Below, one piece after another: positions 39,000 to 54,201 of a stretch of 64,000 nucleotides of DNA. Both the position numbers and the translations under genes were made by a program. Positions within the stretch are counted from its first letter, which is position 1, and every line of letters begins with the position of its first letter. Source of the DNA: Octopus sinensis (Eukaryota); assembly GCF_006345805.1 (NCBI RefSeq), contig NC_043018.1, positions 21,762,001 through 21,826,000 on the forward strand. The letters are read 5' to 3'. The notes beneath the pieces are model-generated. The model did not search any database, was not told where the DNA came from, and was given only the letters and a program-made list of their open reading frames with translations.

Positions 39000-39600
39000 G
39001 GGGTGATGGTGATGGTGGTGATGATGGTGATAGTGGTAATGTTAATGATTGTGGTGGTGGTGGTGGTGGTGGTGGTGGTTGTGGTGCTGATGGTATATTG
39101 ATGAAGGTGTGATAGTGATGGTGGTAGCGATAACAGTGTGGCTGTGGCGTTGGTGGTATCGGTGATGTGTGATGGTGGTAGTGATAATGCTGCTGATGGA
39201 AATTGTTTTTGTGGTTTGTGATGGAGTGGTGTGGTGGTGGTAGTGGTGGTGGTGGTAGTGGTGGTGGTGGTGGTTGTTGTAAAGGAGGTTTGAAGCCATG
39301 ACGATGGTGGTGGAGTCAGTGATGGTAGTGCAGATAGTGGTGGTATCGGTGGTAGTCTTGGTAATGGTAATGGAGATGGTGGTGGTGGTGGTGGCAGTAG
39401 TAATTGTGGAGATAGTAGCAGAGGTGGTGGTGGTGTGGAGATAGTGGTGGTGGGTGGTGGTGTGGCGATGGTGGTGGTGGTGGTAGTGGTGGAAATATTA
39501 GAGCGTGGAGGTGATGTTTATAGTGTTGGTATTGATAGTGGAGGGTGTGGTGGTGGTGGTGATATTGGTGGAGGGGGCGGTGGCAGTGGTTATGATTAAT
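39000..39600. repeat. Degenerate (GGT)n/(GAT)n trinucleotide field
   Basis: Seen directly. Confidence 0.85.
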
Positions 39601-40469
39601 GGTGGCTGTGAGTGCAGGGTAAAAATTTCGAGTGAAAGTCGAGTGAGAGTGCTTTGCAGAAGAGAAAAAAGAAACAGTGCAATGCAATTTAGTAAATGAA
39701 TATGAAGAGAGGAGGGGAAGAAAAAAAAAATAGAGAGAGAGAAAGAGAGAGAGTATAAGAAATGTGAAGACATAGATGATCAATAAAAGAAGAGGTTATA
39801 AGTAGAGAGAGAGGGAGAGAGAGAGGGGAGAGGAGAGCAGGCAAAATGGTGGAGCGGTTTCTAACATAACATGATGTGTTGTTAGTGTGTGTGCCAGCAG
39901 TGTTGTGAAGGTGTGTGTGTTGTGTGTGTGTGTGTGTGTGTGTCTGTCTGCACACCACACATCATCCATTCTATTTAGTTAGTAGTTCCCTTAGTCACTG
40001 GGGAAACCAAGTGTGTGTCAGTCAAACTGAATATGGAAGGACCAAGAAAAATAAAGAGAGAGGCTCACTCCATCTCTTTCTTTCTCTCCCTCCCTCCCTC
40101 CTCTCTCTCTCTCTCTCTGTGTCTCTGTATTTCTCCTTTTTCTCTTTCTCGGAATAAATTGAAGATCAGGAGAAAGAAAGAAAGAAAGAAAGACACAGTT
40201 ATGAATAGAAAGAAAGAAGTAGAAAGAACTGAAAAATGCCATGCCAAGCCAAGTGTCTGCTGCTTCTGCCGCTGCCGCTGCTGCTGTCAGCCTTCATTCT
40301 GCTGCCTGTATGGCCAAGGCTTTTATTTACCTCAGCTTATTGCAAGAGGGCAAGGCTTAACGCAGACTTCCAAAATGGCAGCCGTCAACATTTTCAACTT
40401 GGGTCAACAAACAGTTGAAATTTAAGGGATGACTCACCGCTTCATATACATACATACATACATACATAT

Positions 40470-40740
40470 ATATGTATATATCAATATATGTATATATATC
40501 AATATCTATCTATAACTATATATATCTTCACATATTTATGTGCGTTTATACATACATACATATATATGTATATCAATATATGTATGTATCAATATCTATC
40601 TATAACTATATATATCTTCACATATTTATGTGCGTTTATACATACATACATATATATGTGTATATCAATATATGTATATATATCAATATCTATCTATAAC
40701 TATATATATCTTCACATATTTGTGTGCATTTATACATACA
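40470..40740. repeat. ~90-95-bp tandem unit x3 built from AT microsatellites
   Basis: caatatctatctataactatatatatcttcacatattt occurs at ~40500, ~40590 and ~40685. Confidence 0.8.
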
Positions 40741-41599
40741 TGTTTTGCTCATATACACACACATACCTAAGTGCACACATACATGTGTATCTACCTTTCT
40801 TTCTCTCTCTCCCTCTATATCTATATATTATCATGTTTGTGTGTGTGTATGCGTGTGTATATACACATATATATATGTATATATATTCATACACATTCAC
40901 AATTTCTATAATTTTACGTGATTATACACACATCTATATATTTATATATTACACACACACATTTATATATGTATCATGTATAAAATTCTTTACAACCATT
41001 TTCCAATATACAATATATATACACAAGTACACACACTATAAAACAGTCAAGTAGATTCTAATACTAAAGCTAGTTAGGGTGTATAAAGCCCTAGAGTGTA
41101 ACAAAACCAATTCAACTTTAAGTTAAACGAAATTAAATTTTTTATGAAATTCAAGAAATTATAATTCCAAGTAAATAAATTATAGTATTCGTTGTGTGTA
41201 TGTGTGTGTGTGTGCATTAATAGCAGAAACAAGCCAATATTACAACACACATAAACACAACACACACACTTTCTCTCTTGCAATCATGTGTTCATGACAC
41301 ACGCATTCACATTTACACATTTACTACTACAACATACTTTAACCATTGTATACACATATACACACACACACACATATTTAATGGGAATTAAGTGAACAAA
41401 CATATATATATACACACACGGCATAGATTTGTAGACACAGGCAAAAACATAGAGTACAGATGCTATGTGTGTGTATGTGTGTATTGACTATCAGAAGTTC
41501 AATGTAGTTATACTCCAGTTAGGAGGGAGAAGCTGATTGTTACAAATGTAGTATCTTTACATAGTATTCAACACACACAAACACATACACACAGAGTCA

Positions 41600-41813
41600 A
41601 GGAGGTGCTGACAAGTTCCTGGCTTTCAGGGTATTGTGTAAGGCCTGGTTGGAGGCCCCAATCTTCCGAGTTCTTTTACAGGGCTTAGAAAAATTGAAGG
41701 ACTGCTGCAATAAGAGTGTGAATCCGAGAGGGGAATATCTTGATTAAAATCATAATTAACTGACTCTCCTTTATTTTCTTTTACCCAAAGCCAGGAACTG
41801 TACGGCACCTCCT
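41600..41813 (+). mobile_element. Mariner-derived MITE
   Basis: Imperfect 27-bp TIRs aggaggtgctgacaagttcctggcttt / aaagccaggaactgtacggcacctcct; internal QGLEKLKDCCNKSVNPRGEY resembles the mariner C-terminus (GIxKLxxRWxKCIxxxGxY). Confidence 0.75.
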
Positions 41814-42807
41814 CATACATATACACACACACAAACATAAAATGTATGCATGTGTGTGTATCATCATCATCGTCGTCGTTTAACGTCCGCCTTCCATGCT
41901 AGCATCGGTTGGACGATTTTGACTGTGGGCTGGCGAACCAGATGGCTGCACCAAGCTCCAGTCTTGATCTGGCAGAGTTTCTACGGCTGGATGCCCTTCC
42001 TAACGCCAACCACTCCAAGGGTGTAGTGGGTGCTTTTATGTGCCACCGGCACGGGGGGGGGGCTGTCAGGCGGTACTGGCAATGACCTCGCTCGAATTTT
42101 TACACATGGGCCAGTCAAGCGGTACTGGCAACGACCTGGCTCGAATTTTTTACACATGCCAACGGCACAGGTGCCAGTAAGGCGATGCTGGTAACGATCC
42201 CGCTCGAATGGTGCCTCCTACATGCCACCGGCATGGAAGCCAGTTAGCCGCACTGGCAACGATCACGCTCAGATGGTGCTCTTAGCACCCTTGTGTAATT
42301 TAGGCATGCTACATGGCTAAATCCACTTCCCTACAACATTGTTTTGGGTTCAATGACACTACAAGACAGCTTTGGCAAGTGTCTTTGACTATAGATAGCC
42401 CCAGGCCAACAAACTTTTGTGAGTGGATTTAGTGGGTGGAAACTAGGGGAAGCTGTTGTATGTATGTGTGTGTATGTACACACACACACGTGTGTATATG
42501 TGTGCGCATTTATATCTTTTTGTCTTAACATTTTGCTGTAGTTGTAAATGAGTATCAGAACCATGCAAGAGGTGTCCATTTACAAACTTGCATAAAAACG
42601 TATGGCCATCAAGAAATATGACCTTTGATGGAAATAGGTGAAGTTTAACGGAAAGAGCATCAACCAAAGAATATCTGCCTCAATGAATAGCGCCTGTCCC
42701 CATGGAAATGTGGAAGATGATGATAAGAATGTTCTTAAAAATTGTTAGATATTTGCTTCCCAATCGTGTGTTCTTGGGTTAAGTCTGATGTGTGACACAT
42801 TGGTCAA

Positions 42808-42965
42808 AAGTCTTGTGCAAGAGCCAGGGCAAGAGTCTTGTGCAAGAGCCAGGGCAAGAGTCTTGTGCAAGAGCCAGGGCAAGAGTCTTGTGCAAGAGCC
42901 AGGGCAAGACTCTTGTGCAAGAGTCTTGTGCAAGAACCAGGGCAAGAGTCTTGTACAAGAGCCAG
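42808..42965. repeat. 25-bp minisatellite inside a degenerate family A SINE
   Basis: (AAGAGTCTTGTGCAAGAGCCAGGGC) about 6 copies, between the SINE head and ...aaagccttgtgagtgaattt. Confidence 0.88.
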
Positions 42966-43819
42966 GTACCAACTAAAGCCTTGTGAGTGAATTTCGGACA
43001 TGGGAGCTGCAGGAAGTCTGCCATGTATATGTATATGTGTGTTCATGTGTTTACTGCTCAAAACTGCTCAACAATACAGCTATGCTCGTGTTGATATACA
43101 GAGATGTCATCAACATTAACAGGAGGTATATAATGTTGGAATGTTCATGACTAAACATAACTTTAACGACATGTTATACACACAAACAAACGCACACAAT
43201 ATGCTTCCTGGTTGTTGAGATATGAAAAGTGTCGTATTTATACAATGGACATTTTTCTCTTCCCAACTCACATATCATCATCATCATATCTGTGTTCCTT
43301 CACTGCATTCCTCTCTCCTCCATCTCCCACTTTCTTTTCCCACTTTCGCAAACTTGCTGCCACTCACCCTTATCCAAAGCTCTGTACCATTTATATACAC
43401 CTCCCTTTAACTTGCGGGTACATCCAAACATGGTGGCGAAGAAGCTAACATAGACAGCTTCTTCACCGTCTTCTATCTCCTTTCCCAACTAGGGTAGCCA
43501 TCCATCTCCTCTACAACAAGACACCTATTTCTGTCCCTCTATCATACCCTAAATTCTCATCAACTGGCACAAAGCCACCTCCTTCAATATTACTATTATC
43601 CTTGTCAGTCAAGGGGCCATGTCTTGCAAGCTACTTGGTGGCCTTGCTTGGTGTCACGTAAAATGCACCCAGCAAATTCTGTAAGGTAGTTGGCACTAGG
43701 AAGGGTATCCAGCCATAGAAAGGATAGTCAAGCAGACAGTAGAGATTGGGGCAAACTTCTGACTGGCCAGCACCTCTGAAAACATCCAACCCATGGAAAA
43801 GGATGTTTGATTACTACAA

Positions 43820-43846
43820 CACACACACAAACATATATATATATAT

Positions 43847-43901
<55 letters not shown>

Positions 43902-43964
43902 TATATAATATTATATATACATATATATATATATAATATATATACATATTATATATATATATAT

Positions 43965-44018
<54 letters not shown>

Positions 44019-44058
44019 ATCACATATTATATATATATATATCACATATTATATATAC

Positions 44059-44099
<41 letters not shown>

Positions 44100-44460
44100 C
44101 ATACACGCACACATTTATATGTACATATTTATATACATAGACATACATATACATGTATATATGATAGATACATAGATATACATACAACTTAGATTTTGAC
44201 CAGTGGGTAGGCTATGCCTAATCTCATAGCACCCAGGTACATGGTATACACAGAAACACACAGAGTTGTGTATAAACATGCATAACACACTGACAGACAA
44301 CTGTGTGTTGATGGTTAGAATAGTTCACTGTTTCTGCTATCTGGGGCATGATAAAACATATGCCAGTACCAGTAATGTAGTGAAGGTCAGAAAACCTTCT
44401 ATAGCTCCACCCATGACACTTAAAAATATCTTGCCATGTTCCAGAGTGAAAAGTCAATAT

Positions 44461-44554
<94 letters not shown>

Positions 44555-45000
44555 TATATATACATACATACATACATATATACACACACACATGTATACA
44601 AACATATACACACAAACATTTATATATCTATACACAAACATATATATATATATACACACATGCATGTACATATATATATACACACACACACAAACATCTA
44701 TATATCTATAAACAAACATATATATATATATATATATACATACACATACACACAGATGTATACAAACATACACACTCACACACACACACACAAACATTTA
44801 TATATCTATACACAGACATATATATAAACACGCACACACGCATGTACACAAACATACACAACCACACCACACACACAAACATCTATATATCTATACACAG
44901 ACATATATATATAAACACACACATGTATGTACATATATATATATATACATACATACACACATATACACACACACATACATATATGCATAGATGCACCAGC
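43820..45000. repeat. (TA)n/(CA)n microsatellite fields
   Basis: Seen directly. Confidence 0.9.
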
Positions 45001-45402
45001 CTATGGTTGTCCATCAGATCAGACAATGGCTGTCTTGTCTCAGTTTTGTGGATTCTTTGATCAATACACATAAACACAGACTGCACACAGAAACAGAGTT
45101 GCATACACACACACACACACACGTACTGGGTACAATGTTTTATGACAATTTGTTTAGGAACACAGTTCACTTTGTGTGTGTATGTCTGTGTACTGTATGT
45201 GTTTGTGTGTGTATATATGTACAAGCAGAAATTAATACACAAATATGTGTATGCTTATCCATATATATTTGATGTTATGTATGTGTATATATATCATCAT
45301 CATCATCATCATCATCGTTTAACGTCCGTTCTCCATGCTAGCATGGGTTGGACGGTTCGACCGGGGTTCTGGGAAGCCAGAAGGCTGCACCAGACTCCAG
45401 TC

Positions 45403-45500
<98 letters not shown>

Positions 45501-45904
45501 GTGCGTGTGTATGTAATGTATACTAGATTTCTATCTGAACTAGAGATAAAGACCATATATTTTAGAGGCCAGGTGGTATGTGATCTTGAGATATTCATGC
45601 CTTGCCATAAAACAATTAGCTGCAATAGAGAACATGCGCCAACATGAAATCAATACCACCACCACCACCACTGCATGCAAAATAGTTTTATGCAAGATTC
45701 TACTGCACCGCCAGATGCACTTCTGTTTTCCCAAGCTGCACACATCACTGTCTTCTGGGAACCAAGGATAGTGTTTGAATGCAACATCAATTTTGCTTTG
45801 TAGTTTCTTGGGTTATTTTCACCGTGGTATTGTTAGTGTTTCGTATATGCATGTGGGTTGTGCTGTGTTATTTGCTGGGTGGTGAATGTGTAAAGTACAC
45901 ATTC

Positions 45905-46290
45905 TGTTATGTTGGATGGTGTTTGTGTAGAGCCTGTGTTATGTGTAGAGTACATGTTGGATGGAGACTGAATGAAGTACATATTGTGTTATGTTGGATG
46001 GTGTTTGTGTTGAGCCTGTGTTATGTGTAGAGTACATGTTGGATGGAGACTGAATGAAGTACATATTGTGTTATGTTGGATGGTGTTTGTGTAGAGCCTG
46101 TGTTATGTGTAGAGTACATGTTGGATGGAGACTGAATGAAGTACATATTGTGTTATGTTGGATGGTGTTTGTGTAGAGCCTGTGTTATGTGTAGAGTACA
46201 TGTTGGATGGAGACTGAATGAAGTACATATTGTGTTATGTTGGATGGTGTTTGTGTAGAGTACATGTTGGATGGTGACTGAATGAAGTAC
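45905..46290. repeat. 82-bp minisatellite, about 4.5 copies, then degenerating
   Basis: Units start at 45905, 45987, 46069 and 46151. Confidence 0.9.
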
Positions 46291-46740
46291 ATATCGTGTT
46301 ATAGGTGGGGCAGTCACTGTAGAGAGGACGTGTTGGATGGTGATTGTAGAGAATATATGCATGTTGGGTGGTGGTCGAGTAGAGTACATGTTGGGTGGTT
46401 AATGCATAGAGCATAAATGGACAACCTGCAGACTGCATGTGGCCCTCGACGTGTTTTGCAGCCCTTGACGAATTCCTAGGTTACTAATTAGCAGCATAAC
46501 CTAAGAGTAGGGACATCTCAAATTCTACCTAATATTGAAAATATGGTTAAGAATGTGAATGTGCAAAAATCTCATTGATACAGATAATGAAATTTCTGTT
46601 CTTTAATAAAATATCAATGATTTTTTTTTCTTTTCTTTTAACCTCAATATTTCAAACTATATTTTATTTAGACAAGTAATCATCATTATCATAATTAGGA
46701 AATAAAGAAAGAGATGCCAGCTTGATGTAAATTTTCATAA

Positions 46741-47135
46741 GTGGCTGTGTGGTAAGTGGCTTGCTAACCAACCACATGGTTATGGGTTCAGTCCCACTGC
46801 GTGGCATCTTGGGCAAGTGTCTTCTGCTATAGCCCCGGGCCGACCAATGCCTTGTGAGTGGATTTGGTAGACGGAAACTGAAAGAAGCCTGTCGTATATA
46901 TGTATATGTATGTGTGTGTGTGTTTGTGTGTCTGTGTTTGTCCCCCTAGCATTGCTTGACAACCGATGCTGGTGTGTTTACGTCCCCGTCACCTAGCGGT
47001 TCGGCAAAAGAGACCGATAGAATAAGTACTGGGCTTACAAAGAATAAGTCCCGGGGTCGATTTGCTCGACTAAAAGGCGGTGCTCCAGCATGGCCGCAGT
47101 CAAATGACTGAAACAAGTAAAAGAGTAAAAGAGTA
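46741..47135 (+). mobile_element. Family A SINE (young subfamily)
   Basis: Near-identical to the 3870 and 14297 copies. Confidence 0.88.
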
Positions 47136-47369
47136 AAGAGAAACTGCGAAAAATTTAGTGTAAAGTGGGCAAGTAATATTTCATGCATATGTGTTTTCAC
47201 ATGCGGCTCTCTCCCACTTGGAAATGGTACGATGTGGACCCCAGTTGATGAAAAGTTGCCCATCCCAGGTATAGAGTATCTATTGGTTGATGGCTGTGCT
47301 GAGTACATGCTGGAGGGTAAGTGAGTCGAGTACGTGTTGTGTTATGTGTTGGGTGGCAACTGTGCAGGA

Positions 47370-47792
47370 TGTTAAGTTAAGTTAATTTTTTGGCTTAAAA
47401 AGCAAAAAGCAAGGCCATGTAGGGGGACATGGAGTTATGTACAGGGAGGGTGTTCATGCAAAGAGTTCAGGCTATTTCTGGTCAAGAGAGACTTTGAACC
47501 GAGCGGTCGTCAGCATCTTCACTATCTCGTCTGGCAGCTTATTCCATGGATCCGCAACCTGGACGGAGAAAGCCCCTCTCCTTCGATTGAGATGAAATCG
47601 TTGCAGATAGAGCTTTTCGGAGTGACCCTGCAACCGACGCTCTGGAGCAGGAGTGAAGAACAGCTCTTTCGAGAGGTTACACTTTCCGCTTATGATGTTG
47701 TGAGCAAGAATGAGATCACCACGGCGGCGGCGTTTTTCTAGAGAATAAAGGTCGAGCGTCCTCAGCCTTTCTTCATAAGACAAATGCTTGAG
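47370..47792 (-). mobile_element. CR1-clade LINE 3' fragment
   Basis: SYEERLRTLDLYSLEKRRRRGDLI...GHSEKL...RRGAFSVQVADPWNKLP is the typical CR1 ORF2 C-terminus; (TTAAC)n tail. Confidence 0.88.
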
Positions 47793-50167
47793 ATGTGTTA
47801 CGTGTTGATTCTGTCTGTAGAGTATGTATAATGTGAGTTGAGTTGTGTTGCGTATTAGAGCTGTGTACTAGTTTAATCCCATGTAAACCTTGACTGAGCA
47901 AACATAACTATGTACTGCATGTCAAACAAACTGATAGTAAAACTTGGTAGAAGAGAAATCAGTCAAAGGGCAATAAGAGTGAAAACAGTGTTTGGTGTAT
48001 GGAGGAAAGATAGTTGGGTAAAGCAATCAATGTTGAGGAAATCTGTAGAAGAGAAGACTAAGGAAAACTTGGGTAAAAATGACAAAAGTTGATCTCGGAA
48101 AGCTGAAGATGAGAGAGTTGACAAAAGACCATGACAATGAAATGCTTTGCTGGCAAAGACACACCCAATCCATTGCATGCAAGCATAGAAAAAAAGACAC
48201 TGATTATATCTGTATCTACAGATTTCCTACACTCCTCAGCAAGTTCACTCTATTCTTTTATCAGTTTTACTAAATAATAAAAGTCTTGTTGATGCAGGCC
48301 AACACCAGTCTTTGAAATGCATTTCATTACACACACACACACACACACAATGTATTCACTGAACCATATAGAAAAATGAGCATAAAAATGATCAAACAAT
48401 CACATACACACACAAAACCATTAAGCTTGGGGTTTTTTTCCTCACTAAATGTCAACTGGTCAAAATATTACTGACGTCAACAGCATTCCTGAATCTCTGA
48501 TTTGTTTGTACTAAAAGTACTACTTTGATCCACACTAACAATCTCACATGACCATCCCCACTTAAACTACACAACTACACTACCCTTATCTCAAACAACC
48601 ATTTTACACTCACTTCCCTCTCAGGCAGATTAGCCTAAGGTTAGACAGGTGTGCAAATTTCAACATTGGAATAGTTTTATCATTATCTATAGTCACTGAT
48701 AGTATCTGTTGTATTAGTGTAGAGAAGAGATAGATAGTAAAGGGTTGGACTGAAAGATTTTCATGACCTTCCTTTAGTCACACACTTTTCTAAGATTCTG
48801 AACTGGAAACTCACTGGGGTCAAATTTTACCCACCACTCCTTTCATCCGGGAGTGCACTAAGCTCACACCTATGTCACATTGTGTCGGTGACTTTTTACA
48901 ATTTTCACCTATGAATCTCCTAGTCTTGTTCAAATGCAAGAAATCAATATCATCAGTTGCACTATTTTTAATTCGGTAGCAAATATATCAGAATTCCTAA
49001 CAGATGAGTCATAGTTTCAAATCCTATTCAATGTTTTTTTCACTACACAATGTCTCCTGGGGCAAAATAATGCCCCCTGTTCTCAAGATTAAAAGAACAC
49101 AGGTAAAAACATTATCCCCATATCAGAGACAGCTGTCCAAAATAAAATCACACCTATTCTACAACGGTACTACTAACCAACACAGTACTCTAAGTTAACA
49201 TATGTAAAACAGGGGAAATGAAAGAGTCTTTAGCCCCTTAGGGTTGAAGCTGCCAATATCCAGCTAAAATATTCTACCTGTATCATGTTCAAACTGGCCA
49301 TTTCCAGCTTCTTGCACTTACTCTACAATGTCATTATTATTATTATTATTATTATCTAACACACATACACACACACAGACACAAATCAAATCATTAAGTA
49401 TACTCAACAAAAAAATATTGAGGAAAATTAAAGTGAATACGTTTTAAATGGGTGTGGTGTTGTTAATGAAATTATAATTTTTCAGAATAATTAACACGGG
49501 TGCAGGTGTGACTGTGTGGTAAGAAGCTTGCTTTCCAACCACATGGTTCCGGGTTCAGTCCCAATGTGTGGCACCTCGGGCAAGTGTCTTCTACTATGGC
49601 TTCAGGCCAATCAAAGCCTTATGAGTGAATTTGGTAGACGGAAACTGAAAGAAGCCCATCATATGCATAAATATACACACAAATATATATATATATGGAT
49701 ATATGCAGGATTGCACCTAAGGACTAATGCTCTGGTTTCTTTAACTTCAGAAAGTTGAACTATGAACTTTTATGCTTACTTTTTCTTGTCTTTCTATCTC
49801 CTTATTCTTTTACTCCCTTCCTCTATGTTGTCATCTTAATATATACCATGTTTCTACGGCTGGATGCCCTTCCTAATGCCAACCACTCCGTGAGTGTAGT
49901 GGGTGCTTTTTACGTGCCAGACGGGGCTGGCAAATGGCCACGGTCGGATGGTGCTTTTTATGTGCCACTGGCATGGGGGGGTGATAAATAAACATTATAA
50001 ATGACAGAGTAAACTGAATGCTAAAGGGTTTTGGTTTCTAATTAATTTTTTTAATTACCAAAATCTTTTGAATGGTTTCAAGAAAGGCGTACATTATCCT
50101 CAGACCAAAATCCTAGCCCAAATGCTTGCGACAGAATGGTGCCTGATAAAGAGTTAGGTGATATTAA

Positions 50168-50393
50168 CCCTTGAGCGTTCAGATTTCTTTGTTAAATGTA
50201 ATGCTTATTTATTTATTCACAGTATTTTTAATTAATCATGCAATATCTTGTAGCTTCAAGATTTCAACAGTGTGTATGTATGTTTTTAGAATGACATTGT
50301 AGGGTAGGTGTGAGAGGTTGGATCTGGTCAGTTTTAACATAAAACAGGTGGGCTATTTGGGGGCTGGATATGGCCGAATTTAATGCCAAAGGA
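50168..50393 (+). mobile_element. piggyBac-like MITE P1 (diverged)
   Basis: TTAA|CCCTTGAG...CCAAAGGA|TTAA; body matches 199-419. Confidence 0.75.
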
Positions 50394-53307
50394 TTAAGCA
50401 ACAACAGCCTTTCAGGTTCTCACAGTTTTCGTCTCCAACATTTTCATCACAAGGTTTCTGTTTGTCCCAACAACATGCACTAAATTTCAAAACCATTCAT
50501 TCGGCTAGCTCTGAACATACACACCTGTAGCAGAATATAATAATGTAATAATGTAAACATACTTAGTCATGTTGTGAAAATTATAACCTGGTTATACCCC
50601 TCACCACACACACACACAAACAATGATAAGATGTGATCAAGAAGGAAAGTATACCATATTACTCCTAAGACTATCATAAGGCCAACTACACCTGGCAAGT
50701 TCTCTCAGAATAAACAAATTAAAAAACACTCCATATATACAGCATGTATGTAATAAAATGTATCTAAAGACCTGCACTTCATTTAGAGAGTAATGGACAG
50801 GTACTGTAAACGAAGAGAGGGGCTGCTGATCATAGGATGTCATTAACTTTAGTTTTATAACACAAAATCAACCATCCTGGCAAAGCAAAGCCTGATTATG
50901 TTGCCTGTTGACCCAATAAGAGAACCTTCACGTGGTCACTTGACCTGCTAGAAGTAGCAGCTAAAATCTCCGTCAAATCAAAGCTTGTTATCTTAATAGA
51001 ATAAGGAACAAAGAAGGCAGTTGTAGATAGGCCTGAAAAGGTGGCATAAACACAGCTGGAGTGCCTTTAATCATTATGTCTCCCCAAAAATGAAAAACCC
51101 GGAGCCAAACAACAACACAGACTACAAATAAGAGGTTACCTGACAAGGTGAAGTTAGTTAATCAGCAGATATGCTTGAGAAGACTCATCAAGCCAAATGA
51201 AATCGTAGTTGTGACCAATGCCGGTGTCGTGTAATTGGCACCCATGCCAGTGGCATAGGAAAAGCGCCCTTCAAACATTAGGCCTCATGAAGGCAATCAT
51301 AAATGACTGAGACCTTTGGCAATTTGACGTGGCTTGAGAAGACCCATCAAGCCAAGTGAAATCATAGTCATGGCCGATGCTGGTATCACATGACTGGCAC
51401 CTGTGCCAGTGACACGTAAAAAGCACCCATTACACTCTTGGAGAGATTGGCATTAGGAAGGCCATCCAGCTATAGAAACCATACCAAATCAGATTGGAAC
51501 CTCTGCAGCTTACCAGTTTCAGCATGGAAAGCAGACGCTAAATGATGATGATATACAAAATAGTGAATTTCAAGCACATAAAGCTATAAATAATAGTTAC
51601 CGTGTTTACATGAGATGTGGGTTCAAGTCCCAGGGATAGCTCTCATGTTTTTCTATCTAAAAAGGTTTTACAATCCAATAGTTACTGCCAAGGTCAACTT
51701 TATTCTTCATCCTTTAAGGGTTGCTGAAATAAGCACCAATCAAGTACTGGCAGTCAATGTATTTGACTAGACTCCTCCTTTAAAATTTCAGGCCTTGTGC
51801 CTATATTAGAAAAGATTATCTATGTTTTTATGTACCTTGAGATCCACTGCCCCAAAAGTTCATTATTTCATGTTCTCTCGAAAGTTTACAAATACTTATG
51901 ATGTCAATAATATATCACATGATCAGATGTAGTAATACATCACTGGTTACAATGCGCTTTGCATCATTTTAGTTTTGGAATGATGCCACCCAGCTGGCCA
52001 GACAAGCAGGCCAACTGACCCCCTGATTAGTCTTTCCAGTCAGAGTTACCCATTTATAGCTGAGCGAACTTGAGCAATGTGAAATCAAGTGTTTTGCTCA
52101 AGAACACAATGCACAGCCTGTCTGGGAATTGAAACCACAATCTCATGATTCTGAGTGCAACACACTTAACCACTAGGCCATGTACACACACACACATATT
52201 TTTTGTGTAAAGTCATACTTAATATGTTTACGTACACTCAGATGTGAGAAGACTTTCACACCAAAAATAGTCCCAGGAGAAAATTCTTCTCAAGACAAAC
52301 ATGTGAAAACACATTGGGCAGGGAATGGCATTGCTGGATTCTAAGATGCATGTGCTTCTTAGCTCTTTTGTATTGTCAGCTACAAACACCAAGTCTACCT
52401 TTCACAGCCCCCCAAAAAATAATTAGTTGTTAAAGTACAACAAGAAAAGGTAAGAGTACTGTGGAAAAAGGATAAAATAAAAACAAAAAGAATGGTCACA
52501 ACTGGACCTCCACCTCCTTTTTTTTTTTTAACATAAGTCTCTTAATCAAAGCTGGCCTGGATTCAACAACTCAGAATAGCAACAGAGTGAAGCTTCAACT
52601 TCCTTCCAGTAAATGAATATGTAAACTCTATATGTATTGAGCACTCTCTCTTTCTCTCTATGATTTAGAAATTTACTCTCTTGTAGGAAGGGTGGGATAA
52701 GGAGGGGGAAGGAGGGAGAGAGAGAGAGAGAGAGAAAGAAAGTATTTACAGCCAAGCTGAAATAAGGTGCATGAACATTTCCACTTTCCCTACCACATTA
52801 CAAAAACTCACACACACACACACACACTATCAATGAATCTAAGCTAACCTAGATAGGAAAATGTCCCGAGCAAGCTGTGACAGAGGGTGGTTTGACAAAG
52901 TAGGCCAAGCACCCAGGCTAAGTCAATGTAGCCCAATGAACAACTAACAAGAGAACTTTCAGAAATCATTTGATGAAAAGTTCATATACCAGAGAATAAT
53001 ATCACCAACGCCATTATATAATTTTTATCTGCCGTGGAAATTGGAGTATAATGGGGGGTAACGTGAACATTTTACATTCAGAAGTGGAGCAGTGAGAGGG
53101 AGAGGGAGAGAATAAAGTGTGCAGAGAAAAGGAGGGTGGGGTTGTTTTCTCAGAATCAATGGAACTTAAAAAATTATTCAAAGCGTAATAAAGGAAAATA
53201 TTCAAGAATTTGTGCAAGGTGTGGTGAGGTGTGAGTGTTCAAGCGGAATTCAGATACATAGGTCGTGAACGTTAATGTGTTAAGTATATAGTTACTAAAC
53301 CAAGTCC

Positions 53308-53375
<68 letters not shown>

Positions 53376-53933
53376 TTCAAATTCTGGTACAAGGCCAGCA
53401 ACATTTGTGGAGTTGGGGCTAGTTGATCACAGCCTCAGTACTCAACTGGTTTTATTGACCCTGAAGGGATAAAGGGCAAAGTCGACCTCAGCAAAGTTTG
53501 AACTCAGATGACAGAGTCGGAAGCAATGCTGCTAAGGATTTTGTCTGGCGCAGTTACAAGTCTGCTAGCTTGACACCTTAACAACAACAACAAAAACAAC
53601 AACAACAATAATAATGCTTTAAGTTTTGGCATGAGGCCAGTAGTTTTTGAGGGGAGGGGGAAGTCAATTGCATTGACTCTAATACTTGACTACCCACCCT
53701 GAAAGGCAAAGTTGGCCTCAGTGGAATTTGAACTCAGAATGTAAAGACGGATGAAATACCACTAAACGTTTTGTGTGGCATGCTAATGATTCTGCTAGCT
53801 CACTGCCTTAACAACAACAACAACAACGGTTTCAAATCCTAGAGGGGTCAACTTTGCTTTTCATCCTTCCAAGGTCAATAAAATAAAGTACTAGTCAAAT
53901 ATTGGAATCAATGTAATGAACTTGCTCTCTTCC

Positions 53934-54038
53934 CTCAAAATCCCTAGTCTCAAAATCCCTAGTCTCAAAATCCCTAGTCTCAAAATCCCTAGTCTCAAAA
54001 TCCCTAGTCTCAAAATCCCTAGTCTCAAAATCCCTAGT
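53934..54038. repeat. 15-bp minisatellite x7 (CTCAAAATCCCTAGT) in a family B SINE tail
   Basis: Seven perfect copies seen directly. Confidence 0.9.
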
Positions 54039-54201
54039 CTTGTGTCAAAACTAGACAGAATTATTTAGTTATTGGGGATAACCTGGCAGAATCATCAGAG
54101 TATCAGACAAAATGCTTTTGCAGGTCTTGCACTTTATATTCCAAGTTCAAATCCTGCTAAGGTTAGTTCTGCCTTTTATCTCTCCAGGGCCAATAATTAA
54201 C

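Noticed and set aside
40236-40418. Signal-peptide-like ORF MPCQAKCLLLLPLPLLLSAF
   Set aside because: The hydrophobic run comes from (CTG/CCG)n, it stops after 60 codons and there is no good donor.
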